DNA of 64,000 nt from an uncultured Bacilli bacterium (GCA_910585045.1 CAJUCD010000001.1:111573-175572), one strand, 5' to 3'. Positions 28,673 to 41,548 are shown, counted from the stretch's first letter. Made by a program: numbers and translations. Notes: generated from the sequence alone by a model not told the origin.

Positions 28673-31111
28673 CTATTCAGCATTATCTTCTATTAATTCT
28701 TCTTCTGGTTGTTTTTCTACTAAGCTTATAGTTGAAACATATTGTTCATCTTTTAAATTTATTAATCTAACACCTTGAGTTACGCGTCCTAAAGTATTGA
28801 TTTGTTCTAAAGACATTCTCATAGTTGTGCCAGTGTTTGTCATTATTACTAATTCTTTATCTTCATCAACAACTTTAACTGCTGCAATATTACCATTCTT
28901 ATCAGTTATATTTAAAGCTTTTACACCTTTTGAACCGCGGCTTGTTTCTCTAAATTCGCTAACTAAGGTCTTTTTTCCATATCCTTTTATAGTTACTAAC
29001 AATAAATTATCTTCTTCTGTTACTACTTCAGCACATACGCATTTCGTTCCGTCTAAATTAATTCCTTTTACACCACTGGCTGTTCTACCCATTGCGCGAA
29101 TCTTATCTTCTTTAAATTTAACCATACGGCCTTGTTCGCTGCCTAATAATACATAATTATCTCCATTTGTTTTCTTAACAGCAATTAATTCATCGCTTTC
29201 TTTTAGACTTATACAAATTTTACCTGACGTACGTATGTTCTCGAATTCGCTAATTGCAGTCTTTTTAACTAAGCCCTTTTTAGTAGCAAATAACAAGAAT
29301 TTAGCCTGTTCATCTGGTGAAACACTAATCATTGAGCTTATACTTTCATTTTTCTCAATTGGAAGCAAGTTTATTATTGGTAAACCTTTAGATTGTCTAT
29401 TAAATTCAGGAATTTCATAACCTTTTAAGCGATATACTTTTCCTTTATTAGTAAAGAAGAATAAGTAATCATGTGAAGATAGATTTATCATTTGTTCTAC
29501 AAAGTCTTCTTCATTAGTTGTCATTCCTTTAACTCCCATACCGCCTCTTTTTTGGGCTTTAAAGGTATCACTGGTTGTTCTTTTTATGTAGCCTTTATTT
29601 GTAAGAGCAATTAAAATGTTTTCTTCTGGAATTAGTGATTCATCTTCAATAAATTCTATAGCTGTCATATCTATATCTGTACGACGTTTATCTCCATATT
29701 TATCTTTTATTTCTTGAAGTTCTTCTTTGATTATATTTAGTACTTTTTCTTCTGATGCTAAAATTGATCTTAATTCATCAATTAAAGCTAATAGTTCTCG
29801 AAGTTCTGCTTCAACTTTTTCTCTTTCTAAACCAGTTAAGCGACGGAGTTTCATTTCAAGAATTGCTTCTGCTTGAACTTCAGAAAGCCCAAATTTGCTC
29901 ATTAAAGCCTCTTTTGCGGCCTCATCAGACTCAGCACCTCTAATTACCTTAATAACCTCGTCAATGTGGTCTAAAGCTATTTTTAAGCCCTCTAAAATGT
30001 GAACTCTTTTTTCAGCTTTATCTAAATCAAATTGTGTTCTTCTAATTATAACTTCTTTTTGGTGGTCAATATATTTAGATATAATATCTTTTAACCCTAA
30101 AGTTTTAGGGACGCCATTATCTAACATTAAGAATATAATACCATATGTTGTTTGGAAAGATGTATGTTTATATAACTTATTTAGTATTACTTGAGCGTTG
30201 GCATCTTTTCTTAAAGTAATGGTTATTTTAACGCCATCTTTTAAATCTACATGATAGTCTGTAATACCATCTAAAACTTTATTATGGACTAATTCTGCGA
30301 CTTTATTTTTTAATTCAAGAGTATTTACTCCATATGGTACTTCATCAATTACTATATATTCACGACCATTTTTTTCTTCAATTTGAGCTCTAGAACGTAT
30401 AGTAATACTGCCTCGTCCTGTTTCATAGGCTTTTTTAATACCACTATTGCCTAAAATTATAGCTCCTGTTGGAAAATCTGGACCTTTAATATGCTCCATT
30501 AAGCCCATTGTATCTATTTCTGGATTATCAATGTATGCAATACAGCCATCAATAACTTCGCCTAAATTGTGAGGTGGTATATTGGTAGCCATACCAACTG
30601 CTATACCCATAGTACCATTTACTAAGATATTAGGAAATCTTGCTGGTAATACTTCTGGTTCTTTTGTAGTCTCATCATAATTAGGATTAAAATTAACTGT
30701 ATTTTTATTAATATCACGCAATAATTCCATTGATACTTTTGCTAATTTAGCTTCAGTATAACGGTAAGCGGCAGCGCCATCTCCTTCGATATTACCAAAG
30801 TTACCATGACCATCAACTAGCATATAACGATAATTAAAATCTTGAGCCATTCTTACCATTGCTTCATATATACTTGAATCACCATGAGGATGGTATTTAC
30901 CCATAACATCACCAACAATTGTGGCTGATTTACGATGTTGTTTATCAGGAGTTAAACCATTTTGTAGCATATCATATAAAATTCGGCGATGTACAGGTTT
31001 TAAACCATCTCTTAAGTCTGGTAAGGCACGAGATACGATAACACTCATGGAATACTCTAAAAAAGATTTTCTTACTTCTTCTACTATATTATTTTTTTCT
31101 AATTTATCCAT
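28673..31111 (-). CDS. gyrA: DNA gyrase subunit A
   Basis: 812 aa with active-site region AAAYRYTEA. Confidence 0.97.
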   Translation of the reverse strand: MDKLEKNNIVEEVRKSFLEYSMSVIVSRALPDLRDGLKPVHRRILYDMLQNGLTPDKQHRKSATIVGDVMGKYHPHGDSSIYEAMVRMAQDFNYRYMLVDGHGNFGNIEGDGAAAYRYTEAKLAKVSMELLRDINKNTVNFNPNYDETTKEPEVLPARFPNILVNGTMGIAVGMATNIPPHNLGEVIDGCIAYIDNPEIDTMGLMEHIKGPDFPTGAIILGNSGIKKAYETGRGSITIRSRAQIEEKNGREYIVIDEVPYGVNTLELKNKVAELVHNKVLDGITDYHVDLKDGVKITITLRKDANAQVILNKLYKHTSFQTTYGIIFLMLDNGVPKTLGLKDIISKYIDHQKEVIIRRTQFDLDKAEKRVHILEGLKIALDHIDEVIKVIRGAESDEAAKEALMSKFGLSEVQAEAILEMKLRRLTGLEREKVEAELRELLALIDELRSILASEEKVLNIIKEELQEIKDKYGDKRRTDIDMTAIEFIEDESLIPEENILIALTNKGYIKRTTSDTFKAQKRGGMGVKGMTTNEEDFVEQMINLSSHDYLFFFTNKGKVYRLKGYEIPEFNRQSKGLPIINLLPIEKNESISSMISVSPDEQAKFLLFATKKGLVKKTAISEFENIRTSGKICISLKESDELIAVKKTNGDNYVLLGSEQGRMVKFKEDKIRAMGRTASGVKGINLDGTKCVCAEVVTEEDNLLLVTIKGYGKKTLVSEFRETSRGSKGVKALNITDKNGNIAAVKVVDEDKELVIMTNTGTTMRMSLEQINTLGRVTQGVRLINLKDEQYVSTISLVEKQPEEELIEDNAE

Positions 31112-31121
31112 TTTTTACCTC

Positions 31122-33038
<1,917 letters not shown>

Positions 33039-34127
33039 TTACTCCTCCATTACTTTGCCATTTTCTACTTTAAAAATCTTGGCTGTTTTTAATAAATCTG
33101 AATTAACATTATCTATTTCGGTAGTAGTTATAAATATTTGTAATTCACTATCAATTAAATTTAAAATATTGTTAATTTTTACTTTATCCAATTCGCTAAA
33201 TAAGTCATCTAATATTAAAATTGGCTTTTTGTTTAAAACTGCATCTATATTTTTAATTTCAGCTAATTTAAAAGCAATAACACTATTTTTCTGTTCACCA
33301 ACTGATGAATACTCTTTTACTATTTCTTTATCAATTATAAATTCAATATCATCATGTTGCGGACCAAATAATGTTTTACCAAGAATTATTTCCCGGGAAA
33401 TATTTTTGGCATACATATTTAGTAATTGTTCTTTCTTTTTCCCTTTATATTCACTTTTGTAATTAATGGACAAATGTCCTTTTTGAGTTATTTTGTAATA
33501 TATATCAGAAATATAAGAATTTATATTGTTTATAAACTCCTCTCTTATCGACACTATCTTTAAACCAAGGTCTACTAATTGGGCAGTTAGAATATCTAAA
33601 AAGTCATTTTGATATATATTCTTTTTATTTAAAGCTTTTAAGTAAGAATTTCTCTGTTTTAAAATCTTATTATAATTAGTTAAATAATTTAAATAAGTAC
33701 TATTGATTCCAGAAATTTCAATATTTAAAAGTCTTCTTCGTGTCATAGGAGTATCTTTTATAATTTTTAAATCATCAGGGCTAAATAAAATTATATTAAC
33801 TTTGGTAATATAATCACTTACTTTAGCTATTTTATTATTATCTATTTTTATTCTTTTACCTGTGTCACTTATTATTAGTTTGTAATTATTAAAAATATTA
33901 TCTTTAATTAATCCTTCAATTTTAGCAATATTTTTACCTTTTTTAATTACTACATCTTCACTGCCTAAGCGAAAAGTTTTGGTAAATCCTAATATATATA
34001 TAGCTTCAACTAAATTGGTTTTACCCATGCCATTTAATCCATATATTATATTAGTTTTATTAGAAAACTTAATTTCTAGGGATTCGTAATTGCGAAAATT
34101 TAATAACTTTAAACTTGTAATTTCCAT
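33039..34127 (-). CDS. recF: DNA replication and repair protein RecF
   Basis: Walker A GLNGMGKTN, signature SVGEQK, and LILDD. Confidence 0.95.
   Translation of the reverse strand: MEITSLKLLNFRNYESLEIKFSNKTNIIYGLNGMGKTNLVEAIYILGFTKTFRLGSEDVVIKKGKNIAKIEGLIKDNIFNNYKLIISDTGKRIKIDNNKIAKVSDYITKVNIILFSPDDLKIIKDTPMTRRRLLNIEISGINSTYLNYLTNYNKILKQRNSYLKALNKKNIYQNDFLDILTAQLVDLGLKIVSIREEFINNINSYISDIYYKITQKGHLSINYKSEYKGKKKEQLLNMYAKNISREIILGKTLFGPQHDDIEFIIDKEIVKEYSSVGEQKNSVIAFKLAEIKNIDAVLNKKPILILDDLFSELDKVKINNILNLIDSELQIFITTTEIDNVNSDLLKTAKIFKVENGKVMEE
33387..33402. other. Noc-binding site palindrome TATTTCCCGGGAAATA (inside recF)
   Basis: Third perfect 16-mer in the window. Confidence 0.75.
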
Positions 34128-34216
34128 TTTTACCCCCTATAGTCTTAAATTTTAAATTACAGGCATTTTTATGTACTCCTATACCTAGATTAATTATATC
34201 ATAAAAAAAGACCTTT

Positions 34217-34666
34217 TTAAAGGAATTTTTTACTATTTCGACCTCTAAGTGCAGATTCAAGACGAGTTGCGCGCATAACTTGTTTATCAAATATACTATA
34301 ACTCTGATTAATATGGACTTTTTGATAAGATTTAAATAGAATTTCGACTTCATTGCCATCAGGATAGTAATTTAAAATATTATTTAATGAAACCCAAACA
34401 CACTCTTTATTACGGATAGAATGAGTAGGAATAAAAATTAAATTATTAATCTCATTTAAAAGAATTGGAGGTTTATAGGAAGATCCTGTTAAATAAGAAC
34501 TTCCTTTTTGACGTCCTTCTAAAGTAGAACCATTTAGTTGACAATTACGAGATAGTATTTCTAAAGGGGTTTCATCAACAATTAGTTCTTTATCGCTTTC
34601 TATAACAATGCTATTTTCAGAACCTGGAATAATAGCTAAGGTATCTAAAGTAATTAAATATGGCAT
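34217..34666 (-). CDS. ComK-family protein (short form)
   Basis: EILSRNCQLNGSTLEGRQKGSSYLTGSSYKPPILLNEINNLIFIPTHS aligns with the B. subtilis ComK core IVDRSCRFFGSSYAGRKAGTYEVTKISHKPPIMVDPSNQIFLFPT. Confidence 0.7.
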   Translation of the reverse strand: MPYLITLDTLAIIPGSENSIVIESDKELIVDETPLEILSRNCQLNGSTLEGRQKGSSYLTGSSYKPPILLNEINNLIFIPTHSIRNKECVWVSLNNILNYYPDGNEVEILFKSYQKVHINQSYSIFDKQVMRATRLESALRGRNSKKFL

Positions 34667-34754
34667 AAAAAAATGCCTCCTTTCATATAAAATATGTTTG
34701 TTATATCATATGAAGGGCGCATATTTTGTCGAATTGTGAATAAAATAACTTAAA

Positions 34755-35873
34755 TTAATATGTTTTAATTGGTAATATTAGTTGAATAAGAGATTCATCA
34801 GTTAAAGATTTAACTATTAATGGTTTAACATCACTATTTAGAAGTAATAATATTTCTTCTTCTGCTAAAGTTTTTATAGCCTCAAGCATATATTTTGAAG
34901 AAAATGAAATTTCTAGTTTTTCTTTATTATTAGTTTCAATTGTTAATTGTTCTTCAACCTTACCAATTTCTGATACATAAGAATTAATAATCATTTTAGT
35001 ATTTTCTAAGGACATTTTAACAATATTTTTGTCTTTACCTTGAGTAAGTAAAGCAGCACGATCAATGGCATCATTAAATTCTTTTTTGTTAACTTTGATT
35101 ATATAAGCAAATTCACTTGGAATTAAGTTTGAAGTATTAGGATATGTTCCACTTAATAAATTTGTTTGAAAGTTAATATTTTTATATTTAAATAAAGCTT
35201 TATTGTTAAATATGTGGATTTCTATATCTGATTCATCAGTAATGATTCTTTCTAATTCCATAATATTTTTACCTGGAATAACTATTTCTGTTTCTTTTTC
35301 AATGTTACTAGATAATTTGATATTCTTTTTAGCTAATCGATATGAGTCAGTAGCTACTGTTTCTAAAACATCACGTGTAAATTTGAAATTAACTCCTGTT
35401 AAAATTGGTTTTAATTCTTGGTTAGAAATAGCAAATACTGTTTGATTAATGATTGTTTTAAATATGTCGCCAGCAATGGTTATTGGTTCTTTACTTTCTT
35501 CTAATTTAACATCTGGATAATCATTTATATCTAAGCAATTTAAATTATATTGATTATTATCAGTATAAATCTTAATTTTTAAGCCATCTATTACTTTAAA
35601 ATTAATAGTATCACTAGGCATTTTACGAACTATATCTAAAATGTATTTACTTTGAATAATAATGCCACCTAAGGAGTCTATTTCTTTAATGTCTTTTGCT
35701 TCAATAAGAACTTTGATAGTTAGTTCAGAATCGCTTGCTGTTAAGTATAAGCCTTCGCTTTTTAATTCAAATTTGATTCCATTTAAAACAGGTATAACGT
35801 TTTTAGTAGATATTGCTCTAATTACATTATTTAATCCTTCTAAAATTATATTTTTTTCAATTGTAAATTTCAT
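34755..35873 (-). CDS. dnaN: DNA polymerase III beta sliding clamp
   Basis: 372 aa in the position after dnaA, with a typical clamp sequence. Confidence 0.95.
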   Translation of the reverse strand: MKFTIEKNIILEGLNNVIRAISTKNVIPVLNGIKFELKSEGLYLTASDSELTIKVLIEAKDIKEIDSLGGIIIQSKYILDIVRKMPSDTINFKVIDGLKIKIYTDNNQYNLNCLDINDYPDVKLEESKEPITIAGDIFKTIINQTVFAISNQELKPILTGVNFKFTRDVLETVATDSYRLAKKNIKLSSNIEKETEIVIPGKNIMELERIITDESDIEIHIFNNKALFKYKNINFQTNLLSGTYPNTSNLIPSEFAYIIKVNKKEFNDAIDRAALLTQGKDKNIVKMSLENTKMIINSYVSEIGKVEEQLTIETNNKEKLEISFSSKYMLEAIKTLAEEEILLLLNSDVKPLIVKSLTDESLIQLILPIKTY

Positions 35874-36018
35874 ATTTATTCCTTCTTTCTATTTTTATTA
35901 GTATTTATAATGCTGTTAATAATGTTTGTAACTCTTATTTTATTAGTATTTATGGGACTATTTTAAGATTTTAGTTGTTAGTAAATAGTCTTTTATAAAC
36001 ATTTAATTAATTTGTTAT
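35874..36018. other. dnaA-dnaN spacer: candidate DNA unwinding part of a bipartite oriC
   Basis: Extremely AT-rich. It holds two copies of the 16-bp direct repeat TTTTATTAGTATTTAT (35893-35908 and 35938-35953) and a near-consensus box TTATCTACA at the dnaA stop. Confidence 0.4.
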
Positions 36019-37377
36019 CTACAATTTGGATTTTATCTCCTTTATTGTGTGCTCTAAATCATTATTGGTTAAGAGCTCTTTTTCAATTTTATCACAAGCA
36101 AATATGACAGTTGAATGATCACGACCACCAAATTCTAAGCCTATTCTTGGGAATGTTTCATCCGTTTCCATACGGCATAGATACATTGCTAATTGTCTTG
36201 GATGAGCGACTTTGTTGCTTCTTTTCTTGCCTTTTAAGTCATCAATAGTAATATTGTAATGGTCAGCGACAGCTTTTTGAATTTTAGTAATGTTATTGTT
36301 AGAATAGATGTTCTTATTAACAAATTCTTTTAAAGCTTCACAAGTGAATTCTAAATCTATTGATTTAGGAACTATAATAGCTGTATAGGCCATTAGACGA
36401 TTTACAGCTCCTTCTAGGAAACGGACATCATTTTGGCAGGCATTGGCTATATATTCAATACTTTCTTCTTTTATTAAGTTAGCAATGTTGGTATTTTCGA
36501 GTTTTTTTCGGATAATTCGACATCTTAAGTCGAAATCTGGGGGATAAATATCTACTGGTAAACCCCACATAAACCTTGAACGTAAACGTTCTTCAAGAAT
36601 TTTTAAATCGTCTGGAGAACGGTCGCTGCTGATAATTATCTGTTTATTAGATTGATGTAAGTAATTAAATGTGTTAAAAAATTCTTGTTGGGTTTTTTCA
36701 GCACCTACTAAGTATTGGATGTCATCAATTATTAAGACATCAACATTTCGGTATTTATTTTTAAATTCTGTTGCATATTCTATAGTGTTTTTAGCATTAT
36801 CAGGGTTAGCAATATTAGTGTATTCTGTCATAAATTCATCACAAGTACAATATAATACTTTTCGATTAGAATTTTCAGTAATGAAATTTCCTATAGCATG
36901 CATTAAGTGTGTTTTTCCTAAACCGCTTTTACCGTATATAAATAGAGGATTATGAATTCTTCCTGGAGCTTCTGCAACAGCCATAGCGGCTACTTTAGCT
37001 AAACGGTTAGTATCTCCTACTACGAAATTGTTAAAATTAAGATTAGGATTTAAATTAGTATTAAAGTTATTGTTTGTAACTTCATTGTTATCCACAGTAG
37101 GAGGTATACTTATTTGAGTTAGTTCTTCTTCTAAAATAAAATTAATATCATAGGATATATTAGTAATATGATATAAAGTTTTCTCTATTAATGAGTAGTA
37201 ATTATCTCCAAGCATTTTTTTGTGGATTTCCATGGGTACTTCAAAAGTTATTTTAGTATCTGTTATACTAACTATTTTTAAATCATTGAACCATGCATGG
37301 AATGATGCTGGATTAATTTCTTTATATATATTTTCTAGAAAGATTTTTAATAAATCTTCGTTCTCCAAAAACCTCAC
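36019..37377 (-). CDS. dnaA: chromosomal replication initiator protein DnaA
   Basis: Walker A GKSGLGKTH and the domain IV motif GGRDHSTV. Confidence 0.97.
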   Translation of the reverse strand: MRFLENEDLLKIFLENIYKEINPASFHAWFNDLKIVSITDTKITFEVPMEIHKKMLGDNYYSLIEKTLYHITNISYDINFILEEELTQISIPPTVDNNEVTNNNFNTNLNPNLNFNNFVVGDTNRLAKVAAMAVAEAPGRIHNPLFIYGKSGLGKTHLMHAIGNFITENSNRKVLYCTCDEFMTEYTNIANPDNAKNTIEYATEFKNKYRNVDVLIIDDIQYLVGAEKTQQEFFNTFNYLHQSNKQIIISSDRSPDDLKILEERLRSRFMWGLPVDIYPPDFDLRCRIIRKKLENTNIANLIKEESIEYIANACQNDVRFLEGAVNRLMAYTAIIVPKSIDLEFTCEALKEFVNKNIYSNNNITKIQKAVADHYNITIDDLKGKKRSNKVAHPRQLAMYLCRMETDETFPRIGLEFGGRDHSTVIFACDKIEKELLTNNDLEHTIKEIKSKL

Positions 37378-37920
37378 CCCGCTGTCTAGCCTTGTTTAAC
37401 AAGATAATTGTATCGCATTTTAGTTTTAATTTAAACCCTAAAATTAAAAATGTTTATTATTAACATGTTATAAACATCTTTTTGCCCTTATTCTACCTTA
37501 TAAAAAGATATTTATCAACACTATTCACAAAATTTTAATGGTCTGTATTAACAATTAACAAATGATTTTTTGACTTTAAATGTTGATATTGTTAATAATT
37601 TGTAAAAAATGATATTTTTTGTCAGGAAATACCAGGTTCTGTTGGTAAGAATGATTTGTTAATAACTTAGCATTTATAAACATTTTATTGGATTTTAGCT
37701 GTTAATAAATAGTTTGACATTAATTGTTGTAAATATTTAATTGTTTATAGTTTGTTTATATTAAAAGTTATCCACATTATCCACAATTTAGTGTTTATAA
37801 CTTGATCTGTAAAGGCATATTGTTAAATTTAAAAATTCTATTTAATTAATCTTGAATAAAATATTTTTTAAATTAAGATTGTTAAAAAAAGTTTAAAAAG
37901 GAGAGTTTAGTATAAAAAAC
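37378..37920. other. oriC upstream region with DnaA-box cluster
   Basis: Two abutting perfect boxes TTATCCACA (37768-37776 and 37777-37785), TTATCAACA at 37512-37520, and several TGTTAATAA / TGTTTATAA degenerate boxes. The gene-strand switch occurs here. Confidence 0.7.
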
Positions 37921-37949
37921 TTGACTATCTTTCAATAAAATATTATAAT
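37921..37949 (+). promoter_or_regulatory. sigma-A promoter of rpmH
   Basis: TTGACT, 17 nt, TATAAT. Confidence 0.6.
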
Positions 37950-37984
37950 TAAACCACTTGAATTTTTTGAGGGAGGTGCAAGTT

Positions 37985-38107
37985 ATGAAGAGAACATATC
38001 AACCTAATAATCGTAAAAAAGCTAAGAAGCATGGATTTTTTGCTCGTAAGGAAACTAATATCTTAAAAAATAGACGTAAAAAAGGTCGTAAAGTTTTATG
38101 TAAGTAA
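37985..38107 (+). CDS. rpmH: 50S ribosomal protein L34 (40 aa)
   Basis: [22 protein letters not shown]...GRKVL with a GAGGGAGG RBS. Too short to appear in the ORF track. Confidence 0.9.
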   Translation: MKRTYQPNNRKKAKKHGFFARKETNILKNRRKKGRKVLCK

Positions 38108-38134
38108 CCACTATTTTTAAGTGGTGTTTTTTTT
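38107..38134 (+). terminator. weak terminator/attenuator between rpmH and rnpA
   Basis: 6-bp stem ACCACT / AGTGGT followed by T8. Confidence 0.35.
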
Positions 38135-38161
38135 CGGAATATTTATTGGATGTGAAAAAAT

Positions 38162-38485
38162 TTGAAAAAGTATGAAATTGTAAAGAAAAATACAGATTTT
38201 AATGATATAATTAATACAGGAAGATGCATTCGTAATAAGTATTATAGTATTTATTATAAGGATAGTGAAGATGAATTTCCAAAGTTTGGTTTAGCTGTTA
38301 GTAAAAAATGTGGTAATGCCGTAGATAGAAATAAAATAAAAAGACAACTTAGAAATATAATTGATGATAATAAGAAATTGTTTTCAATTAAGATGAATTA
38401 TATTATAATGGTAAGGAAAGAAATACTTAACGTATCTTACCTGCAAATGGAAGAACAGTTAATTAATTTGATGAAGAAAGGATAA
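38162..38485 (+). CDS. rnpA: ribonuclease P protein component
   Basis: TTG start, basic 107-aa protein, and rpmH-rnpA synteny. Confidence 0.9.
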   Translation: MKKYEIVKKNTDFNDIINTGRCIRNKYYSIYYKDSEDEFPKFGLAVSKKCGNAVDRNKIKRQLRNIIDDNKKLFSIKMNYIIMVRKEILNVSYLQMEEQLINLMKKG

Positions 38486-38487
38486 TT

Positions 38488-39489
38488 ATGAAAAAATTTA
38501 AAATAGGTATTTTAGCATTGATGGTATTTTCACTTACAGCTTGTGGAAATAGTAATTATATTTTAGAGGATAAAAAGCCTGTTCAAAGCGAGGAGACAGG
38601 ACAGATTTTACAAAAGGATATTTTATGTAAGCCTGAGGATAAAGAGTTAGATGAATTATATACGAAATATAAGGATCAAACTAAAATTCCATATGAGGAA
38701 TTACCTCTTTGTAGTGATTTTAAGTTATCTAGTAATAAATCTAGTGGTATTTGGGAAGGTATATTTGTTAAACCCTTAGCTTATGTTATTTTAAAATTTG
38801 GAAGCTTACTTAATAGTTTTGGTTTATCTGTAATTTTAATAGGTTTGGCTATAAGGTTAATATTAATGCCTATTTCTAGAAAGACGATGAAACAATCTCT
38901 TAATATGAAAAAAGCTCAACCAGAATTAGCAAGAATTGAGAAAAAGTATGCTAATAAAAATGATAATGAGGCAATGATTGCCAAATCTCAAGAAATGATG
39001 ATGGTTTATAAAAAATATAATATTAGTCCTTTTGGAAGTTGTTTATTAGCTTTTGTGCAATTGCCTTTATTCTTTGCCTTTTTGCAAGCGATTAATAGGA
39101 CACCAGCAATATTTGAAGATGAATTTTTAGGTTTAACTTTGGGTAAAACACCAATGGTTGGATTATTTAATTCTCATGAATGGGCATATATTATTATAAT
39201 AGTACTTATTATTCTTACTACTTATTTATCTTTTAAGAATGCTATGACTTCAAATCAGATGGGTAATCCTGAAATGGAACGTCAGATGCAATTTATGTTT
39301 AAGTTTATGATTATTATGATTTCAGTGGCTTCTTTATATTTATCAACTGCCATAGCTTTGTATTGGATTGCTACAAATGGTTTTGTAGTAGTTCAAAACT
39401 GGATATTTAAAAAGCTTGATCTTAAAGAAGAACAAAGAGATATGATTATTAAACCAAAAAAAGATAATGGTAAAAAGAAAGGTAAGTAA
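38488..39489 (+). CDS. yidC: membrane protein insertase YidC/SpoIIIJ (lipoprotein form)
   Basis: Lipobox LTACGN and the conserved region PISRKTMKQSLNMKKAQPEL. Confidence 0.9.
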   Translation: MKKFKIGILALMVFSLTACGNSNYILEDKKPVQSEETGQILQKDILCKPEDKELDELYTKYKDQTKIPYEELPLCSDFKLSSNKSSGIWEGIFVKPLAYVILKFGSLLNSFGLSVILIGLAIRLILMPISRKTMKQSLNMKKAQPELARIEKKYANKNDNEAMIAKSQEMMMVYKKYNISPFGSCLLAFVQLPLFFAFLQAINRTPAIFEDEFLGLTLGKTPMVGLFNSHEWAYIIIIVLIILTTYLSFKNAMTSNQMGNPEMERQMQFMFKFMIIMISVASLYLSTAIALYWIATNGFVVVQNWIFKKLDLKEEQRDMIIKPKKDNGKKKGK

Positions 39490-39492
39490 TTT

Positions 39493-40101
39493 ATGAATGT
39501 AGTAAAAGAAGTAGCAAAATCAAAAGATGAAGCATTAAATTTAGTGTTAAAAAAATTAAATGCTCAAGAAAAAGAAGTTGTTTATCAATTTTTGGAGAAT
39601 AAGGGTGGCTTTTTAAAAGGTACAACTTATGAATGTACAGGTTTTTTGAAACTAGATATTATTGAAGATGCTCAAGAATTTTTAAAAGGTATTTTAAATG
39701 CTATGGGTATTGATGCTAATATTGAAGTTAGTATAAAAGATGAAATTACTACATTGAAAATCTATTCTTCAAATAATCCGATAATTATAGGAAAAAATGG
39801 GCAAAATCTAGAGGCTTTAACAACTTTAGTTAGACTTTATGTGAAAAATTTGGCTAATAATGGGCCACGGATTATGCTTGATGTTGAAGATTATAAGGAT
39901 AGACAAATTAAAAAATTGGAGCGTTTAGCAAGAAATTTAGCAAAAGAAGTTATGAAAACTAAAATTTCAATAGAAATGGATAATATGAATTCTTATGAGA
40001 GAAGGATTGTTCATAATGTTTTGTCAGAATTTAGTAATATAAGTACAGAAAGTGTTGGGGAAGAACCTAATAGACATATAGTTATTAAGTATGTAGATTA
40101 G
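39493..40101 (+). CDS. jag: RNA-binding protein Jag/KhpB (KH plus R3H)
   Basis: R3H motif YERRIVHNVL and its position after yidC. Confidence 0.9.
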   Translation: MNVVKEVAKSKDEALNLVLKKLNAQEKEVVYQFLENKGGFLKGTTYECTGFLKLDIIEDAQEFLKGILNAMGIDANIEVSIKDEITTLKIYSSNNPIIIGKNGQNLEALTTLVRLYVKNLANNGPRIMLDVEDYKDRQIKKLERLARNLAKEVMKTKISIEMDNMNSYERRIVHNVLSEFSNISTESVGEEPNRHIVIKYVD

Positions 40102-40106
40102 GTGTG

Positions 40107-40133
40107 GTCATCAGAAAATTGATGACTTTTTTA
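40107..40133 (+). terminator. rho-independent terminator after jag
   Basis: Stem GTCATC / GATGAC followed by a T-run. Confidence 0.6.
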
Positions 40134-40180
40134 TTTGCTTAATAAATTATATTAAATATAATTGTTTTTTAGGTTATTAC

Positions 40181-41173
40181 ATGTTATACTTGTGGGTGTT
40201 TTTAGGAAGTGAATTTATGATAGGATGGATATTGTTAATTATATTGGGATTTGTTTTATTGATATTGGGTGCTAATTTTTTAGTTGATGGGGCTAGTAAA
40301 ATTGCAAAAATATTTCATATTCCAGAAATAATAATCGGTTTAACTATTGTGTCAATTGGAACTTCTATGCCTGAGCTTTTTGTTAGTGTAACGTCTGCTA
40401 TGGAAAATTATTCGGATATGGCTATAGGTAATGTAGTTGGTAGTAATATTTGTAATCTATTTTTAATATTAGGTTTATCTTCTATAATTAGATCAATTAA
40501 GTTTAAGAAAGAAACAAGTTTTATAGATATTCCAATGTGTTTGTTTTTTTCAGCTATTTTTTGGATTTTTTGTAATACTGGTGGTGGAGTTTCAAGAATT
40601 GAAGGATTGGGATTAATATTTTTGTTTTTAATTTTTATTGGATATACTGTTTTTATGAGTATTAGAGGAATGAATATGGTGGCATCAGAAAATAAAAAAA
40701 ATACTATGCAAGTTAGTAAATTTTCTTTTTTTCAGAATGTTTTATTGGTTATAATTGGAATAGTTGCTTTAAAGTATGGTGGGGATTTTGTAGTAGATAA
40801 TGCTGTTTTAATTGCAAAGAAGTTTAATATAAGTGAAGCTATAATTAGTTTAACTATTTTGGCAGTTGGAACTAGTTTACCAGAGCTTGTGACTAGTGTC
40901 GCAGCAGCTTTTAAAGGTAATAGTGATATTGCAATTGGAAATATTATTGGCTCTAATATTTTTAATGTTTTACTGATTATTGGAGTTGCAGCGGTTATAA
41001 GTCCAATTAGTTATAATTCTCTTTATAATCTTAATATAGGTATTTTGTTGTTTGGAACTGTATTATTAGCTTTGTTTCCTTTTATTAAACCAAAAGATGA
41101 GATGAGTAGATTTAATGGCATAATTTTTGTGATATTGTATGGTACTTATATGGGGCTTTTATTTTTTAGGTAA
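40181..41173 (+). CDS. Ca2+/Na+ antiporter, CaCA (YrbG) family
   Basis: Two alpha-repeats, GTSMPELFVS and GTSLPELVTS. The likely start is MIGWILL at 40217. Confidence 0.85.
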   Translation: MLYLWVFLGSEFMIGWILLIILGFVLLILGANFLVDGASKIAKIFHIPEIIIGLTIVSIGTSMPELFVSVTSAMENYSDMAIGNVVGSNICNLFLILGLSSIIRSIKFKKETSFIDIPMCLFFSAIFWIFCNTGGGVSRIEGLGLIFLFLIFIGYTVFMSIRGMNMVASENKKNTMQVSKFSFFQNVLLVIIGIVALKYGGDFVVDNAVLIAKKFNISEAIISLTILAVGTSLPELVTSVAAAFKGNSDIAIGNIIGSNIFNVLLIIGVAAVISPISYNSLYNLNIGILLFGTVLLALFPFIKPKDEMSRFNGIIFVILYGTYMGLLFFR

Positions 41174-41242
41174 AACTTTGACTATTGAGTGTTTAGGAGC
41201 ACCTCATATTTTTTAAGTCATATATTATTATAGGTGATTTAT

Positions 41243-41548
41243 ATGGATGAAAGAGCACGAAAGAAGATTGTAATTGATCCAGGGCATGGTGGGGAAGACC
41301 CTGGAACTAGTGCTAATGGAATAGTAGAAAAAGATTATACTTTGCAAATAAGTAAGTATATGGCAGATAGGTTAAGCGATTTAGGAATAGAAAATGCTTT
41401 GACTAGAGATGCTGATGTTACTTTGAGTTCTACAGATAGACCTAAGAAGGCTCAAAGTTTATTTGGTAGTGGAAGTGATGTTATTTTGGTATCTAATCAC
41501 ATAAATGCAGGTGGAGGAGATAATCGTTGTGTAACAAAACCTGTATAA
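41243..41548 (+). pseudogene. 5' fragment of split N-acetylmuramoyl-L-alanine amidase (CwlC-like, no signal peptide)
   Basis: IVIDPGHGGEDPGT...LVSNHINAGGG (Amidase_3). The reading frame then runs into element DNA and stops after 10 foreign codons. Confidence 0.85.

Noticed and set aside
34069-34359. Track ORF of 96 aa overlapping the recF start and the comK-like 3' end.
   Set aside because: It overlaps two well-supported genes on the same strand in other frames, and it has no RBS or recognisable motif.
34727-34733. A Spo0A-box-like TGTCGAA lies in the dnaN/comK-like spacer.
   Set aside because: This is a single 7-mer, which is expected by chance.
41201-41227. A sigma-K-like promoter (AC-16 nt-CATATATTA) upstream of the split amidase would support mother-cell expression.
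   Set aside because: The consensus has very low information content in AT-rich DNA. The implied transcription start would fall on or after the AGGTGA ribosome-binding site. It is not usable as evidence.
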